Shown: positions 1-12,930 of the stretch, in pieces
How positions within the stretch are numbered: position 1 is the stretch's first letter
Layout of the letters: every line of letters starts with the position of its first letter
Assembly (NCBI GenBank): GCA_951406725.2
Contig: OX597817.1
Coordinates: forward strand, 16,926,001-16,990,000
Length of the DNA: 64,000 bases
Source: Octopus vulgaris
Taxonomy: Eukaryota
Direction of reading: 5' to 3'
Notes under the pieces: model-generated
Seen by the model: the letters and a program-made list of their open reading frames with translations, nothing else
Database searches by the model: none
What the model was told of the DNA's origin: nothing
Translations under genes and position numbers: made by a program

Positions 1-720
1 TTGGGTTATGAATCATGTCTTCTAACATTACCAATTCATTTAGATGAAACATTTGAATCTAAAAAAATGTCTGCTGTTCATTGATAAAACATTTATGAAA
101 CGGAAAATTATAAACCGAAACATCCTAAATAGATTATGCTTGAGTTATCAATCACATCTAATTTGATAATATTATGATGCAAAATTATCATGGTGGAATC
201 AGTGTAGCTTCAGACGAAATACCTTGAAAATTCCACCAGGGTTGACTATTGCTTTCATGAATGATATATCGATGAAATAACTATAGTGGTTTGACTAAAC
301 TGCCTGTATCCTCTTTCAAATTGCAACGTAATATATATAACGTAGAGATCCTTCCAATGGTAAAGCGATATCAGAAACTATATTTAGCAATTTGAATAAA
401 AAAAAAAAGAGAAGTAGACCCGCAAAGAGCAATGCCCGACTTTGTTTTTTCATTTTCGTTTATCATTTATATTCTTTATATTTTTATTATCTGTTATATT
501 TCTTTATCAATTCTGCAACGCTCTGGTAGAAAGCAACCGATTTGATCGTCTGATTTTAACACCTCAAATATTTGTGTTCAGCTTTGCAAGTGTTTGCTTC
601 TAGCGTTTTCTTTCTTTCTTTTTTCTGTATTTAGTCTACCATTTTGTTTGAGGAACTATGATTGTAAAATATATAAATGCAATATATTTCAGCCATATTC
701 AAATAAAAATATATAACTAT

Positions 721-1120
721 AGGCGCAGGAGTGGCTGTGTGGTAAGTAGCTTGTCTACCAACCACATGGTTCCGGGTTCAGTCCCACTGCGTGGCACCTT
801 GGGCAAGTGTCTTCTACTATAGCCTCGGGCCGACCAAAGCCTTGTGAGTGGATTTGGTAGACGGAAACTGAAAGAAGCCCGTCGTATATATGCATATATA
901 TATCTGCGTGTGTGTGTTTGTGTGTCTGTGTTTGTCCCCCTAGCATTGCTTGGCAACCGATGCTGGTGTGTTTATGTCTCCGTCACTTAGCGGTTCGGCA
1001 AAAGAGACCGATAGAATAAGTAATGGGCTTACAAAAGAATAAGTCCCGGGGTCGAGTTGCTCGATTAAAGGCGGTGCTCCAGCATGGCCGCAGTCAAATG
1101 ACTGAAACAAGTAAAAGAGT
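721..1120 (+). mobile_element. SINE family A, full length (tRNA-like head, internal TA/TG microsatellite, LINE-like 3' tail)
   Basis: Head ggcgcaggagtggctgtgtggtaag with A/B-box-like motifs (tggctgtgtgg, gggttcagtccc). Tail ggcggtgctccagcatggccgcagtcaaatgactgaaacaagtaaaagag. About 20 near-identical copies in the window. Confidence 0.9.
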
Positions 1121-1209
1121 ATAACTGTAAAAGTAACGCGGAATTAAAACAAAATACCGCATCAACTATACAGGCGTAGGCGTGGCTGTGTGGTAAGAAG
1201 CTTGCTTCC

Positions 1210-2940
1210 GGTATAGCGTTTGTCAGTTGAAGTGTTGGTTTTGCGAGTGACCCACGTGTTTTGGGGCTGTCTTATGCGGTGCGACGTTTTCCCTCTTGTT
1301 TAATAGAAGGGCGTCGGGTGAGGAGTTGCGAAAGTTTGAATTGTTCTTCTTCAGACTTTGTGAACTATCCTTCTTCAGACTTTGTGTCGTCTGAGGAAGA
1401 AATGGGGGAATGTTTGAAGAGGATAGATAAAGTAATGGAAACGAAGAATTATGCGGAGGCGACGAAAGGAAAGAAGCGAAGACGTGAGGCTGGAGGAATT
1501 GAGAGAATTCAAAGGAATGATTAAAAGGGAGTGGAACGAAGTGAAGGTGTTCCCCACCAAAGAAGTTTTAAAAGAAAGACATGAAAAAAAACATGTTTTA
1601 CAGATCATACTCGGTAGCAGCCAGGAAGATTGAAGTCATGACGACGGCTCAAACGGAAAAGCTCTTAAACCAGTCTGGCAAGGAATTTCCTACATAGCCA
1701 GAGGAAAAAAAATTTGGAACAGTTGGGGAACGGTTTCGGGAGGCAGCTACTGCCAGGCTGCACTCAGTAACACCGCTGAGAACTGATGAAGTGGTTCTTC
1801 TACTCGTGTACCTTGGGAGACGTGCTTACAGGGTTATGGTAGAAGACATACCCGCAGAGGTGGATGTAGCCTGGCTGGTAGCTGCCATAATGCTAGGCAT
1901 GGAGGAGAAGGTGGTGGTCATCCAGGCCACCAGAACAACCCACAGGAACTGGCAAGGACAAAGCTTCGATATGGTGGTACAAGTTGCAGTGGAAGATATT
2001 GAAAATATGGTAGAGACAATCACAGTCGAAGACGCAACAATGAAAGTCAGAGTGGAAGGGAGGATTCTGCGATGCGATAAATGTGGCCTAAAAGGCCACA
2101 TTAGAGCGGATTGTCCTTCACCACCTGTGAAGGCTAAGGAGAGACAAGAGAATGAGAAAGTGGCTGGTGCTCCACTACCCGAGGAGGTTGAGGAAAAGGA
2201 GAGTGAAGCGGCACCAAAGATGAAAACCAGTACCAGCGTGGAAGAGATGGACAATGAATGGGAAACAGCTGGGAAAAAGAGAAGAGCAAAAAGGCATACG
2301 CTGTAAAGGGCGATCCCCTCCCACACCCACCCAGCTCCCACCCACACCTACTCTACCCCAACCACTCCCTACATACACCAGCCCTTTCCATGCCCTACCT
2401 GGCATAAACATGAGCACAATCACACAGGAGCCCCACAATTCCCCACACTCGCCCTTGGAAAAATGGTATAATGTACGGTGGAGACAATGAAGAAGTGTAT
2501 AACGAAATAGACTCGTGGGACAGTATTACAAAAATGGACGTATCAGGAGTGAAATGGATGCTCGAGTACCTTCGTTGTGAAGTGGCAGACCCAGCATATA
2601 TATATCAAGTTTAAAGGACTTTGAGGAAAACCATAACTGTGATTGCTGGGGCAAGAAACTGGACACCAGCTCAAAGCCTGAGCAAGCTTTTATGATATTT
2701 TAAAGAAGCACAATGTAAACATCCTTCAGAGGAATGTTAATTAATTGTCGCTAATAATTTTGTTATAAACAAATGTTTAAAAGAAAAAACGTTGTATTAA
2801 CGGGTTCAATGAAGTCGCTCGAAGGTGGGGCCGAACGGCTTCATTTCATCTTTCATTATACTAATTCTTTGTGTTTTTTTTATCCCCACCTTGTGCTGTT
2901 CCCTCTATGTACGGCCTTCATGGCTAATTTCATAAAATAC
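1210..2940 (+). mobile_element. ORF1-only (HAL1-like) non-LTR retroelement with CCHC zinc knuckle, decayed
   Basis: Exact 14-bp TSD agaagcttgcttcc at 1196-1209 and 2941-2954. Internal ORF 1791-2306 has CDKCGLKGHIRADC (CX2CX4HX4C). No RT or endonuclease motifs seen. Confidence 0.75.
1791..2306 (+). pseudogene. Gag-like/ORF1 nucleic-acid-binding protein fragment
   Basis: Zinc knuckle followed by an acidic/basic low-complexity tail (WETAGKKRR). Upstream coding-like sequence from about 1400 is broken by stops and frameshifts. Confidence 0.7.
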
Positions 2941-3073
2941 AGAAGCTTGCTTCCCAATCACATGATTCCAGATTCAGTCCCATTACGTGGTACCATGGGT
3001 GAGTGTTTACTACTATAGTCTCGGGCCGAACAAAGTCTTGTGAGTGGATTTGGGAAACTGAAAGAAGCCTGTC

Positions 3074-3162
<89 letters not shown>

Positions 3163-3206
3163 TGTGTGTGTATTTGTGTCTGTGTTTGTCGCTCACCACT
3201 GCTTGT

Positions 3207-3510
3207 GGAGGCACATGGCCTAGTGGTTAGAGCAGCAGACTCACGGTCGAGGGATCGCGGTTCAAATCTCAGACCGGGCGATGTGTGTATTTATGCGCGA
3301 AACACCTAAGCTTCATGCGGCTCCGGCAGAAGGTAACGGCGAACCTCTGCTGAATCTTTCGCCACAACTTTCTCTCACTCTTTCCTCCTGCATCTTGCAG
3401 CTCACCTGCGACGGACCAGCGTCCCGTCCAGGTGGGGAACCTATACGCCAAGGAAACCGGGAAACCGGCCCTTATGAGCCAGGCATGGCTCGAGAAGGAA
3501 CAAACAAAAA
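3207..3510 (+). mobile_element. SINE family C (family B-like tRNA head, different 3' half)
   Basis: Head ggaggcacatggcctagtggttagagc, A-rich tail, TSD ctcaccac(t/c)gcttg at about 3192-3205 and 3511-3524. Confidence 0.85.
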
Positions 3511-4542
3511 CTCACCACCGCTTGACAACCGGTGTTAGTGTGTTTACGACCCCGTAACATAGCGGTTCGGCAAAAAAGCCGATAGAATAGGTACCAGGCT
3601 CTAAAAAATAAGTCCTGGGGTCGATATGATCGACTAAAAACCCGTTGAGGCGGCACACCAGCATGGCCCAGTCAGATGACTAAAACACGTAAAAGTTAAA
3701 CGAGTATATACATATAAATATATACATATGCATGTGTGTGTGTGTGTGTGTGTGTGTCTGTTCTTTAGAAAATATTTATTCATTACATTGTAAAATCTTA
3801 TGAGACTAGTGATGTTTTACATTAATAAAAAAGTAATGCAAATTCTTTAAAAGTGGAATTAAAAACAGGAAGAGAAGTTTAGCGTTCTGAGCAGAAACCA
3901 CAATTACACTAACAAGAGGTGCATATTTATAAACAGCCGATTAGAATTCAGTATGATGGTAGATACACATCATCATTGGTAACAGAGAACGAAGCGTCGA
4001 TCTTTCGAGCGAGTAACCTTTTTTTATTTTTTCCACATCTGCCAAACTGCTTCATCGTATCAAGTTTTCTACCAGTCGACGGTGAAGCAAAAGAAGGATG
4101 AATATCTTTACAAATCCTATTCTGAAAGTCATTTCGTGATATCACGTTGTAAGTTTGACATAATCTCGCATCTTTAAATATTTGGAATAAAAAAAAAAGT
4201 TCCTAATCGGATTTCCAAGCACATTACTTCAAATCTATCCAAGGTCAATAATTCGGAAATCCATCTAGCTACTGGTTTCTCATTAGTGTTGAGTAAAATA
4301 TTTTTTCTTGTAGGATTTCGCTTCATTCGCAGACGAAAATCGAAGTAAATTTGCCAACTTTTATAAAGTTAGCTATTTCATGACTACCAATGATTTGCAT
4401 CAGTACTTCATTGTCCAGACCAGACCCTTCTGTTTGCTCTTAGATATAAACAAACTATAGCAGCAGAACTACTCCAAGAATTGATAATAATGGCAGTAAC
4501 ACCGACGAAAGCCACAGCAGCAGTAGCAGCAGCAACAACAGT

Positions 4543-4928
4543 GGATGGAAGCACTCCGTCGGTTATGACGACGAGGGTTCCGGTTGATCCGAATCAACGG
4601 AACAGCCTGCTCGTGAAATTAACGTGTAAGTGGCTGAGCATTCCACAGACACGTGTACCCTTAACGTAGTTCTCGGGGATATTCAGCGTGACACAGAGAG
4701 TGACAAGGCCGGCCCCTTGAAATACAGGTACAACAGAAACAGGAAGTAAGAGTGAGAGAAAGTTGTGGTGAAAGAGTACAGCAGGGATCACCAACATCCC
4801 CTGCCGGAGCCTCGTGGAGCTTTAGGTGTTTTCGCTCAATAAACACTCACAACGCCCGGTCTGGGAATCGAAACCGCGATCCTATGACCGCGAGTCCGCT
4901 GCCCTAACCACTGGGCCATTGCGCCTCC
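4543..4928 (-). mobile_element. SINE family B, full length
   Basis: Near-identical to copies at 19484 and 22019. tRNA-like head. TSD gcaacaacagt at 4532-4542 and 4930-4940. Confidence 0.9.
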
Positions 4929-5039
4929 TGCAACAACAGTAACGGCGAAAGCAATAACATAGGCAGTTTAAAAGCCATTTGCAGCAACGGTAACAAAAGC
5001 GAGGTATCCTTCCTTGGAGAGCTCTCTACAAATGAATTA

Positions 5040-5430
5040 TACACTAGAAGATAAGAGGGTAAAGTTAAAACGCCGCTCGATTTTGGAAAATTGAGGGTGA
5101 AAAGGCAAAGCTTACGGCCACAAACTTGAAACTCAGTCTGCAACTTCTAGAAAGACCGCTATTTATATTGCATGAATTTAAAGACTCGACGCCTGGAGAC
5201 GGGCTACTCAAGAAGAACGTGCTCTTCACAATGTATGGCAGGACATCGAACATATGTCTAGGCAGTGACCTGAACAACAACAACGAAAAGTACCTTAGGA
5301 ATGAGAACCCAGGTTCGAAATTTCCCCAAGAAGTAGTTTTTCTACCCGTATACCTTGGGAGACGTACTTCCAGGGTTAGAGTAGAAGACATAACCCCAGA
5401 AGTGGATGTAGCCTGACTGGTAGCTGCTAT
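5040..5430 (+). mobile_element. Second, truncated copy of the ORF1-like element
   Basis: VVFLPVYLGRRTSRVRVEDITPEVDVA aligns to VVLLLVYLGRRAYRVMVEDIPAEVDVA at 1791. Confidence 0.75.
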
Positions 5431-5499
5431 ACAACCGAAACGTGTTAACAACAAAGATGAGGACAAATATCCGTCAAATGTAAATAATGTAAATAACGT

Positions 5500-6290
5500 T
5501 GGGTTCTGTTTGTGAGGACACACTTTATGCACCGCAGCAGCTTTCCACGGACTCCATTGTTGGACAGTTTCTTCAGTAGGATTTTGTGGTTCACTATGTT
5601 AAATATCTTGCTGAAATCAAGGTATATGATATCAGTGTTGGTTCCCTCTCCTAACGCTTTTAAGATGTCATCAAAATGGTGCAGAAGCTGCGGCAGGAAG
5701 TCCCTGCCATCACGGAAACTATGCTGGTTGGGGTTCAGCCGGAAGTGAGTTATTCGCGATCTCACCACCCTTTCAAATACTTTAATGATATGAGAAGCGA
5801 GAGAAATCGGACGGCAGTTCACTGCAAGAGATTTGTTTCCCTTATTGAAGACTGGAACGACAGACTGGGAAAGAAAAGAATCAGGAATGTAACCTGCATC
5901 AAGTGAGTTTCTCCAGAGCTCAACTAGAGGGGGTGCAATTTGACACATCTTCAGGAACTTATCGGGACCTACTGCCGAGTTGTGCTTGATTTTATCTATT
6001 TCTCTTAGGATATCAGGAGCACCAAAAGTTATGTCAGATATGGTGAGTTGGTGGTTTACATCACTGATCAACCAGATCAACCGCATTGAGGCTACTGAAG
6101 ACAGGGCAGTATTGTCTCTGCAGTATCTCGCACATGGATTTTGCATCATGATGTAGAGTGCTGTTCATGTCAACCAGAGTACCAACATTGGAAACCAAGC
6201 GTCTTTATGGGGTTTTTTTTGCAAATGTAAAGAACATTTTGGGGGTGAGTTTTATTTTCTCAATGGTCCAATTCTCCTCAGCTGCTCTTT
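5500..6290 (-). mobile_element. LINE reverse transcriptase fragment (CR1/L2/Jockey-group)
   Basis: ORF 5445-6149 has GPD, VVPVFNKG, NCRPISLAS, NQHSFR and DIIYLDFSKIFNIVNHKILLKKL, which are N-terminal non-LTR RT motifs. Truncated before YADD. Confidence 0.9.
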
Positions 6291-6842
6291 GACTGTTAAT
6301 GATAGTCATCAGGCTTTTTTAGAGGTCGTGTTTTTTTCGATTCGAGTGATGTATAATTATTTCATAATATTTTATAATAAAATAGTGCAATGCTGTACAT
6401 GGATCGATTTAACTACATTTTTTCAGCAGACTACCTACATTCTTTCAGCAGAAATTTGTAAGCTTGGACAACAGTTAAAAGTCAACGTTAGGTGCTTAAC
6501 ATAGTTCCGCGCCAGACTAAATCTAAAAATATAATTGACAGTGTGTCTTCATCTCTCTGTTCGCCTGTTCTTCAGAGGATGATTAGTCTGAACTTATTGG
6601 ATTTATCCCCCTTGGTTATTACAAACAAACTAGAATGTCACCAAGTAATGTCGTGGAATATTCTTTTGGTCATAGGCGATGAATTGATAGTCAAACAGTA
6701 TTTTTGTTATTGATAACATATTTATTGCTATTATACTAAAAAGAAATTTGTTATATTTGATTTTAGTTTCATAAAAAAATATTTTGTATTTTTCATTTCA
6801 TTATATAAAGAGAATGAAGTAAATTATAATTATTCTACTTAT

Positions 6843-7250
6843 AGGCGCAGGAGTGGCTGTGTGGTAAGTAGCTTGCTAACCAACCACATGGTTCCGGGTT
6901 CAGTCTCACTGCGTGGCATCTTGGGCAAGTGTCTTCTGCTATAGCCCCGGGCCGACCAATGCCTTGTGAGTGGATTTGGTAGACGGAAACTGAAAGAAGC
7001 CTGTCGTATATATGTATATATATATGTATGTGTGTGTGTGTTTGTGTGTGTGTGTTTGTCCCCCTAGCATTGCTTGACAACCGATGCTGGTGTGTTTACG
7101 TCCCCGTCACTTAGCGGTTCGGCAAAAGAGAGCGATAGAATAAGTACTGGGCTTACAAAGAATAGGTCCCGGGGTCGATTTGCTCGACTAAAGGCGGTGC
7201 TTCAGCATGGCCGCAGTCAAATGACTGAAACAAGTAAAAGAGAAAAAGAG
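6843..7250 (+). mobile_element. SINE family A
   Basis: Full-length match to 721-1120. Confidence 0.9.
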
Positions 7251-7475
7251 AAAAATATAAAATTACATACTTAGAGTGGCTCCGAACCTTATCCGATATT
7301 TGACGGATATCGCACTAGTTCTTATATATATTCGTCCATCTCCCATGATCTAATAGGCAAAGAATGACTGTGCTTTGCCGAAGAGGTCATTACGATTCCA
7401 AAAGGTCTAGAGTTATCACCGTGCCTGCTAAAGGTTAAAAGATCCTTCCCTCGCTGCATTGTGGTATTTAATTGA

Positions 7476-7890
7476 AGGCGCAGGAGTGGCTGTGTGGTAA
7501 GTAGCTTGCTTACCAACCACATGGTTCCGGGTTCAGTCCCACTGCGTGGCATCTTGGGCAAGTGTCTTCTGCTATAGCCTCGGGCCGACCAATGCCTTGT
7601 GAGTGGATTTGGCAGACGGAAACTGAAAGAAGCCTGTCGTATATATGTATATATTTATGTGTGTGTGTATATTTGTGTGTCTGTGTTTGTCCCCCTAGCA
7701 TCGCTTGACAACCGATGCTGGTATATTTACGTCCCCGTCACTTAGCGGTTCGGCAAAAGAGACCGATAGAATAAGTACTGGGCTTACAAAGAATAAGTCC
7801 CGGGGTCGATTTGCTCGACTAAAGGCGGTGCTCCAGCATGGCCGCAGTCAAATGACTGAAACAAGTAAAAAGAGTAAAAAGAGTAAAGAG
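7476..7890 (+). mobile_element. SINE family A
   Basis: Full-length match to 721-1120. Confidence 0.9.
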
Positions 7891-8740
7891 AGATATAAGA
7901 ATAATTTGATCATTAATATTACAGTTTTAATTCACTGAAACTCATTCAAAAATTATTTTGAATTGATGCCTTCGCCTTTGTTTACTTTTGTTAAATATTT
8001 TTCAGAAAAGTTTGCCTCTACTGGTACGATGATAGCCTCCATTAATTAATATAACTGTGCTTACTAACATTAAGTATGTCAGCACTTACTTCGCTATTTA
8101 AATTCTTAGCAGTATCTAGTTTCACCACTCAACATTTGCAACTGACATCCCACCAGAGACCACTTTTCATTCCATCCTCTTGGTTTCGATAAAATAAGAA
8201 TCAATGTTGCTCTCAGTTTCATTGAATGAACTCTTCTTTTACAAATAGGTGGCCTGTGTCGGAGTAAGAAATCATTATTGTCTCCGTTCCTTTAAAGCTT
8301 TTCTACTTTTACTTTCACTTGTCTCGCTTGAGCGGACTTGGACAATAAAAGCTGCGATTTATCTTTTTAAAATTTTCATATAAAGGCCTCGCATCCAAAG
8401 AATGATTGCTTAGTCATCTCCTCATCACTATTTATGATGTTATGTCTGGATCAATTTTATAACAATAGTTGTATTCACGGAACAGAAAATCAACATCTCT
8501 TTTATGGCAACTAATGTAGTGGGTTTATCGGAGCTTTGACATTCAGAAACAATGTAATCAATTAATATCCCATAATTGCTGGGTATTGTATAATTAACAT
8601 CTATCATTTAATATTGATATGTTGATGCGTAGATATTGGTCTAATTCCGCGATTAATAATAATAACCTAGAGGTTTAGAGTTAGTATCGGAACTATATAT
8701 ATATATATATGAAAATAGTAATGCAATACGAGAGTATTAT

Positions 8741-8811
<71 letters not shown>

Positions 8812-9388
8812 CGAGACTAGACATGTATGTTTAACTTTGACATTTAATTTGTTCTGCAAAAATCATAATGCTTAAGTAATTGATTATTCCAAGTTCAAAT
8901 TTCACTGATGTTTATCTTGGTCTCAATACTCCCTGGAACACTGAAATATGTTCAGTAATTTACTTAAGTTAATTGGATCAAAAATACTTCCTATGTTGTA
9001 CCAGTCAAAATAGAGTTGTTTCTCGATCCAGAGCAAGAAGCAACAGTCAAATTTATATCATATTATATCTAGAAACAAAAAAGAAAAGGAAAAGAAAAGA
9101 GCAGTAACTTAAGAACCAATTAAATAATGTAATCTGTGATATTCATCAAGACGGGGAGGTCACTTGAATGCCTTTGAAGATTTATTGCTCCTCTGGATTG
9201 AGGCTGACCTAGGACTAATCAATAACAACAATAGCCGTTCTTTGTCTATCTTCATTTAAATTAGAAATTAGAGCCGGGGTCCGAACTAAACATTGCCGTG
9301 GACCGGATCATACCCACGAGCTCTATGGTTGATATTCTTGCCATACATTCATTTAAGCAATTGTCACTCTCAATATATGCATATTTTA

Positions 9389-9616
9389 GGGCGGAGAGCT
9401 GGCAGAAACGTTAGCACGCCGGGCGAAATATTTAGCGGTATTTCGTCTGCCGCTACGTTCTGAGTTCAAATTCCGCCGAGGTCGACTTTGTCTTTTATCC
9501 TTTCGGGGTCGATAAATTAAGTACCAGTTACGCACTGGGGTCGATGTAATCGACTCAATACCTCTGTCTGTCCTTGTTTGTCCCCTCTATGTTTAGCCCT
9601 CTGTGGGCAATAAATA
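9389..9616 (+). mobile_element. SINE family D monomer
   Basis: Head gagctggcagaaacgttagc and B-box-like gagttcaaattcc. 16-bp TSD aatatatgcatatttt at 9372-9387 and 9617-9632. Confidence 0.85.
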
Positions 9617-10290
9617 AATATATGCATATTTTTACATCTTGTCAAAAAAATAAATTTAAAAAGCGTAAAACTGTTTCCCATATCTATAAGAAGAACTACA
9701 CAGCGAGAAGAATTACAACAGAAATTTAGATATCAGTTGCTGCTAAATAAATAAACTAGAAGGCAATATAGACATAACCGTTATCAAATAGAGATGGCAG
9801 CGTTGATAAACTATTGGATTGCCAGTTCATGATCCACGAGTTCAAATTGATGTCAACTAACACATTTAATTTTACGTGCAATATGCAAAAAATTCAGCTG
9901 CTGGAAATGAACAAGTATCAGAACTTCTAGTTTTATTAACGATGATACACTAATATTTTATCCGGACCTGACCATCTCTTCCTCTCTCACTTAACAGAAC
10001 ATAGTATAATGTAAATTAGGTTTTATGAACTTCTTGTAACAGTACATAGAGACTGCGATAAATCACTTGTTTTATGAGCAGTCTGTGACACATGAAAAAG
10101 CTAGCAGTTATCATCATTGCCTTATGAAGCACTGTAATATAATTCTTCCATAAAAATGCGTTCCTTTCGAGGGAGAAAAACATCTGGTAATTGCAGACGT
10201 GAATGAGAAACACTAACATAGATACGTATTATATATACATCAACTAAACTACATGCAGTTTTCCGCAAAACAGAGTCAGTTAATCGAGTA

Positions 10291-10691
10291 TCTTTATATA
10301 TAAAAGTGAAGTTGTGTGCTGTCTGTCTCCTACGATTTAGATTCCTAACTACTCCCACATTTTGCGGTGCAGTGTAACCAAAAGCGGGTATCTTATAGTC
10401 GTGATTCATATCGAGCCCTTCTGGGTATTAGCGCGCGTCTACGATGAGTCTATGATTTAAAAAAAAATTTACCATAATTTTTTTCCCATTTTTAATGCAT
10501 TTTTTTCGCTATTATATAAGGGAAGTAACTCTCTAAAAATGTATTATTAAATCTCAGGACGTAAAAAGCTACAGTAACACCACCCCTTTGTGGTTAGCCA
10601 TATTGAGAAGGCTATTATACTTTACATCTCTAAAAATGCTTATATAGTTATTTCCCTTACAAGCCCGAGCAACGCCGGGCGATACTGCTAG
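10291..10691 (+). mobile_element. Non-autonomous Helitron
   Basis: A|TC...CTAG|T termini, subterminal hairpin gcccgagcaacgccgggc (10663-10680), no TSD. Related copies at 17671, 20728 and 33682. Confidence 0.85.
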
Positions 10692-11073
10692 TTTTATTAT
10701 AAACGAAAGTACATTTTATTTTGATTCAGTATCATTTTATTATATTCCGGTATATCTCATTACTTTAACTGTTTGAAAAATTAACATTTCAATCTTCTAA
10801 TTTTTTTTTATCAACAAAGAACGTCAGTCACCAATCCTAGCTATTCATCATGTATTTGCTATGTAATTCTTGATTTTTTAAAATATTTTTTGTCTTGCGC
10901 AATTTTGTTACATTTGTGATATTTCAGAATCATTTAGTAAGTTTTAATACAGGAGATTATGTAGCAGTAATTTTTTGTAACAGTCGCTTCTACTTTGGCA
11001 TAGCGTTTATTTATTTTTGCAGTCTTTCTTTCCATAATAAACTCTTCTCTGTTTTCCGTCCTACGAGAAAATA

Positions 11074-12205
11074 TATTTCTTTACTACCTACAAGGGGCTA
11101 AACATAGAGGGGACAAACAAAGGGATTAAGTTGATTACATCGACCCAGTGCGAAACTGGTACTTAATTTATCGACCCCGAGAGGATGAAAGGCAAAGTCG
11201 TCCTCGGCGGAATTGGAACTCAGAACGTAACGACAGACGAAATACCTATTTCTTTATTACCCACAAGGGGCTAAAAATAGAGGGGACAAACAAGGACAGA
11301 CATAGGTATTAAGTCGATTACATCGATCCCAGTGCGTAACTGGTACTTAATTTATCGACCCCGAAAGGATGAAAGGCAAAGTCGTCCTCGGCGGAATTTG
11401 AACTCAGAACGTAACGACAGACGAAATACCTATTTCTTTATTACCCACAAGGGGCTAAACACAGAGCGGACAAACAAGGACAGACATAGGTATTAAGTCG
11501 ATTACATCGATCCCAGTGCGTAACTGGTACTTAATTTATCGACCCCGAGAGGATGAAAGGCAAAGTCGTCCTCGGCGGAATTTGAACTCAGAACGTAACG
11601 ACAGACGAAATACCTATTTCTTTATTACCCACAAGGGGCTAAACACAGAGGGGACAAACAAGGACAGACATAGGTATTAAGTCGATTACATCGATCCCAG
11701 TGCGTAACTGGTACTTAATTTATCGACCCCGAAAGGATGAAAGGCAAAGTCGTCCTCGGCGGAATTTGAACTCAGAACGTAACGACAGACGAAATACCTA
11801 TTTCTTTATTACCCACAAGGGGCTAAACACAGAGCGGACAAACAAGGACAGACATAGGTATTAAGTCGATTACATCGATCCCAGTGCGTAACTGGTACTT
11901 AATTTATCGACCCCGAAAGGATGAAAGGCAAAGTCGTCCTCGGCGGAATTTGAACTCAGAACGTAACGACAGACGAAATACCTATTTCTTTATTACCAAC
12001 AAGGGGCTAAAAATAGAGGGGACAAACAAGGACAGACATAGGTATTAAGTTGATTACATCGACCCCAGTGCGTAACTGGTACTTAATTTATCGACCCCGA
12101 AAGGATGAAAAGCAAAGTCGACCTCGGCGGAATTTGAACTCACAACGTAACGGCAGACAAAATACCGCTAAGCATTTTGTCCGGCGCGCTAACGTTTCTG
12201 CCAGC
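11074..12205 (-). repeat. Tandem array of six family D SINE bodies (184-bp period) with a single head
   Basis: aatacc recurs at 11241, 11425, 11609, 11793, 11977 and 12161. The head occurs only at about 12167-12205. Confidence 0.92.
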
Positions 12206-12319
12206 AATAAATACCAATCAAACGACATAGACGGCTTTAAACTAATTACCACGATAATCTCTCAGATCATTAATACTGCTATTCAAAGTATAAGAGGGGT
12301 TTATGTTCTTATAGATCTT

Positions 12320-12930
12320 ATCGTTTTGGTTCTTTACGTTTTGAGTTCAAATCTTCCCGAGGTCAACCTTGTCTTTTATCCCTCCGGAGTCCATAAAATA
12401 AAGTATCGGTCAAGTACTGAGGTCGATGGTATCGACTACTCACTTCTCTTCAAAGCTGCTAGCCTTGGGCCTAAATCAAAAACTATTAAAGAGCTTATGA
12501 AACACAACGGATTGGCAGGATGGTTAGAGAAAATGCCATCCAATACTCCTTCGTTCTGGATTCAAATCCCGCCGAAGTCAACTTTACCTTTCATCACCCT
12601 TGGGTCGATAAAATAAATTATCCAAAAGTACTGTGGTCGATAGAACCGACCGACCATCACTTCTTCAAAACTGCTAGACCAGTGCCTAAATTAGAAACAA
12701 TTATTATAGACCTTAAGGCGGCGAGCTGGCAGAATCGTTAGCACGTCCGACAAAATGCTTAGCGGCATTTCGTCCGTCTTTACGTTTAGGGTTCAAATTC
12801 CGCCGAGGCCGACTTTGCCTTCTATCCTTTCAGTGTTGATAAAATTAGTACCATAAAAATACTTAGATCGATGCAATCGATGCAAAATTGCTGGTCTTGT
12901 GCCAAAATTTGAAATCAATTATTATAGACC
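12320..12930 (+). mobile_element. Cluster of three older family D-related SINE copies, head to tail
   Basis: Repeated ttcaaat..cgccgaggtcgactttgcct..catcc and a tail similar to gccttgtgccaaaatttgaaa. Confidence 0.7.

Larger units (their letters stand above)
1172..3703 (+). mobile_element. SINE family A copy split by two nested insertions (pieces 1172-1209, 2941-3205, 3511-3703)
   Basis: The three pieces are colinear with the family A consensus and each break is flanked by a duplicated target. Confidence 0.85.

Noticed and set aside
11074-12205. Regular array superficially like CRISPR
   Set aside because: Units are wholly repeated with no unique spacers, they match a SINE body, and the DNA is eukaryotic with no cas genes.
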